Of a DNA stretch of 37,721 bases, positions 35,588 through 37,721 are shown piece by piece; the stretch's first letter is position 1; each line of letters begins with the position of its first letter. The DNA lies in NCBI GenBank assembly GCA_000826855.1, contig JTLS01000050.1:1-37721 (forward strand). Direction: 5' to 3'. The translations under genes were made by a program, and so were the position numbers. The notes beneath the pieces were generated by a model. The model ran no database searches. It was not told the DNA's origin and was given only the letters and a program-made list of their open reading frames with translations. Origin of the DNA: Basidioascus undulatus. Lineage: Eukaryota.

Positions 35588-37721
35588 CTAGCCCGCCGAC
35601 CCGTCCCTCCCACCAGCGCCGCCGCCCACAAACGCCGAGTCCTTCCTGCTCACCGCATTGCTAAAGAACTTCCTCATGTCCCCAAACACGTTATGGCGCG
35701 CGCCGGCCTGGCCAGACGGGGGCGTGTCCGTGCCCCCCGCGCCGCTGCCGCCGGGCCCGAACGCGCCTGAGGGGTTCGAGTCGAGGATGGGGGAGACGAG
35801 CGACTGCGGGAGGGCGGACGCCGCGGAGGCGGGAGGGTCCATGTCGAGGGAGGTCCTGCCACGATGAAAGTAGGAAGACGGGTTCAGTGTGCTGCCGCCG
35901 AGCGAAACAGACGGGAAAGGGGAGAAGACGCACAGGAAAGATGTGTCCTGTAAGTCAGGATTGCTAGACGTGACAGCGAGGAAGATATCGAGCAGATTGT
36001 TCTGGTCCGCGCGCTTGACGCCCTTGAGGTCCAGGATCTTTTCATCCGGAACTGCCCTCATCAGCTCGTTCTATAGCGAAAAGAGAGACGATCGTATCCC
36101 ACGCACCTTCTGGAAGTTGGCAAACGAGCGATCCTGGACGAGGCTCGCGTAGCTCTGGACGAACGCCTCCTGCGGGTCCGCGGGCGTGAGGATGACCTTG
36201 AGGATCGTCTCGAGCCGGCCCATCGTCTTGTTGATGTAGCGGCCGTACCTGCCAAACGCGCACGGGAGGTCAGCAAGCGATAAGAAGCGGATGGGGGGAG
36301 GAGGCGGGGTATGCACGAGGAGGTCGGCGAAGTCGTCTCGCCCTCGCCGTTAGGGAGCTCCATCAAGCACTGCCTGAGTTCTTGGAGGTCGAGCAGGATC
36401 TGCGTCCCCATCCCATCCCCACACGTAAACCAGTTCAGCACTTTCTCGCTTCCGTCTTTCTCATCTCTTCGTCAACAACGTACCTGCTCCGCTCCAACCG
36501 TCGAGATCGGCCGAGACCTCACAACGCACTGCGTCAACCTCGCCACGACAAATCTGCCCACCTCATCCACTTCATCAGCATCTCCCTCCCCCTCCTCTCT
36601 TCCTTCTGTCCTCAGCTCACGCACCCAACAGCCTTGTCTCCAAAGCTCCTCCAGTACTTCCGTCCCTCCACGCCGTCCTTCACGACCTCCGCGACGTCGC
36701 GGACAGCGTGGATGAGGTCCCGGATGTACGCGCTCGGGCCGGTGACGACGTTCACGCCGAGGTTGGACCATGGCGTACGGAGCATCGCACCGAACGCGGG
36801 CTCGCACGCTGAAGCGAGCTCGCGCAGGAAGCGGGTGATCGTGGAGGAGGCGACGCTGGGGCGGCGGTCAGTCAGTCGAGGTTCGGAAAGGGAACGCGGA
36901 GGGGAATGGGAGGAGAGACACACGAAAGGAACACGTCCCGCTCCGCCTCGAGCGAGACCTCTTCCCTGAACTCCTCGGCAATCTTCTCCTTTAGCTTGTC
37001 TTCGAGCTATTTCCTCCGCGCAACCGTCAGCATTCGCCTCCCTTTCCTTCTCTTCCTTTCACTCCGACCATCAATACCCACCTGCGTCGAAGTGCTCAAG
37101 CAATAGTCCGCCGTGTTCAGCACCACGCAAGCCCCGCGAAGCTCCGCAACATTCCAGCGCGGTTCCTCCGCCGAGCGGCGGATGAGGTCTGCTGAGCGTC
37201 GAGAAGGCCTGCACCGGTCCCGCATCGAAAATCAGCACCGCGTTCTCACAACGCCCGAAAAGCAGGAAGACGTACGGTGCCGAGCTACTCAAACTGGCCA
37301 GCAACACATCATCTGCCCCAGCCCAGCCGGCATCAGCTCCCTCTCTCTCTCTTTCTCCCCGTGGCGAAAAAGGGAAAACGCACTAGCGTAAGCCCTCAAC
37401 CACCTCCCAAACACGCCCACGAGCTCCCTGAACATCGTTCCGCGACTGATCGCCGCGCCCTGCTCGAGCGTCTGCCGATAGAAATAGAACAGCTCCGTAG
37501 AGCTCTCGAGCACGCCGCGCTCCCCGTCGCCGCGCCCGTCTGCGGCGGCTGTGCGGTCGAGGGAGGGCCGCGCGGAACGGTAGGTTGAGACCATTTCGGA
37601 TAGGGTTCTGCGAGGGGCGTGTGAGGTTGGGAAGGTGAGGAGGGAGAAGGGGGGGGAGGAGGGGGGAGGGGGAGGAGGAAGGGAGGGAGGGCCGGGACGC
37701 ACTTGTCTTGCGCTTGCACGA
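35588..37721 (-). CDS. VPS53: GARP complex subunit Vps53, 3' part (gene continues beyond the window)
   Basis: VLESSTELFYFYRQTLEQ, VVLNTADYC, GPSAYIRDL, STVGAEQ|ILLDLQ, RLETILKVIL, ANFQK|ILDLKG; TAG at 35588. Confidence 0.9.

Overview
Intron-rich fungal nuclear DNA, most likely a basidiomycete. Frequent GTGCGT/GTGCGC/GTGAGC donors and GC-rich third codon positions suggest a Pucciniomycotina-type yeast (tentative). The window opens inside a tRNA-Val(AAC). Genes that splice to intact frames: nitronate monooxygenase, SF3B1/HSH155, gluconokinase, a fused YeeE/YedE sulfur-transport protein, TM9SF/EMP70, a DHA1-like MFS transporter and the 3' part of VPS53. Interleaved with them are many intron-retaining gene relics at different stages of decay. 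These are a hypothetical gene, a 3'-truncated flavin amine oxidase, a 5'-truncated enoyl reductase, a cleanly beheaded Pif1 helicase, a frameshifted membrane protein, weak F-box/LRR-like relics, and a Dal5/Tna1-family MFS gene with one in-frame TAG. I found no transposase, CRISPR array or clearly new multi-gene system. The most notable signal is the in-place gene decay with a sharp deletion-like junction. All gene models were spliced by hand and family calls rest on remembered motifs, not database searches.
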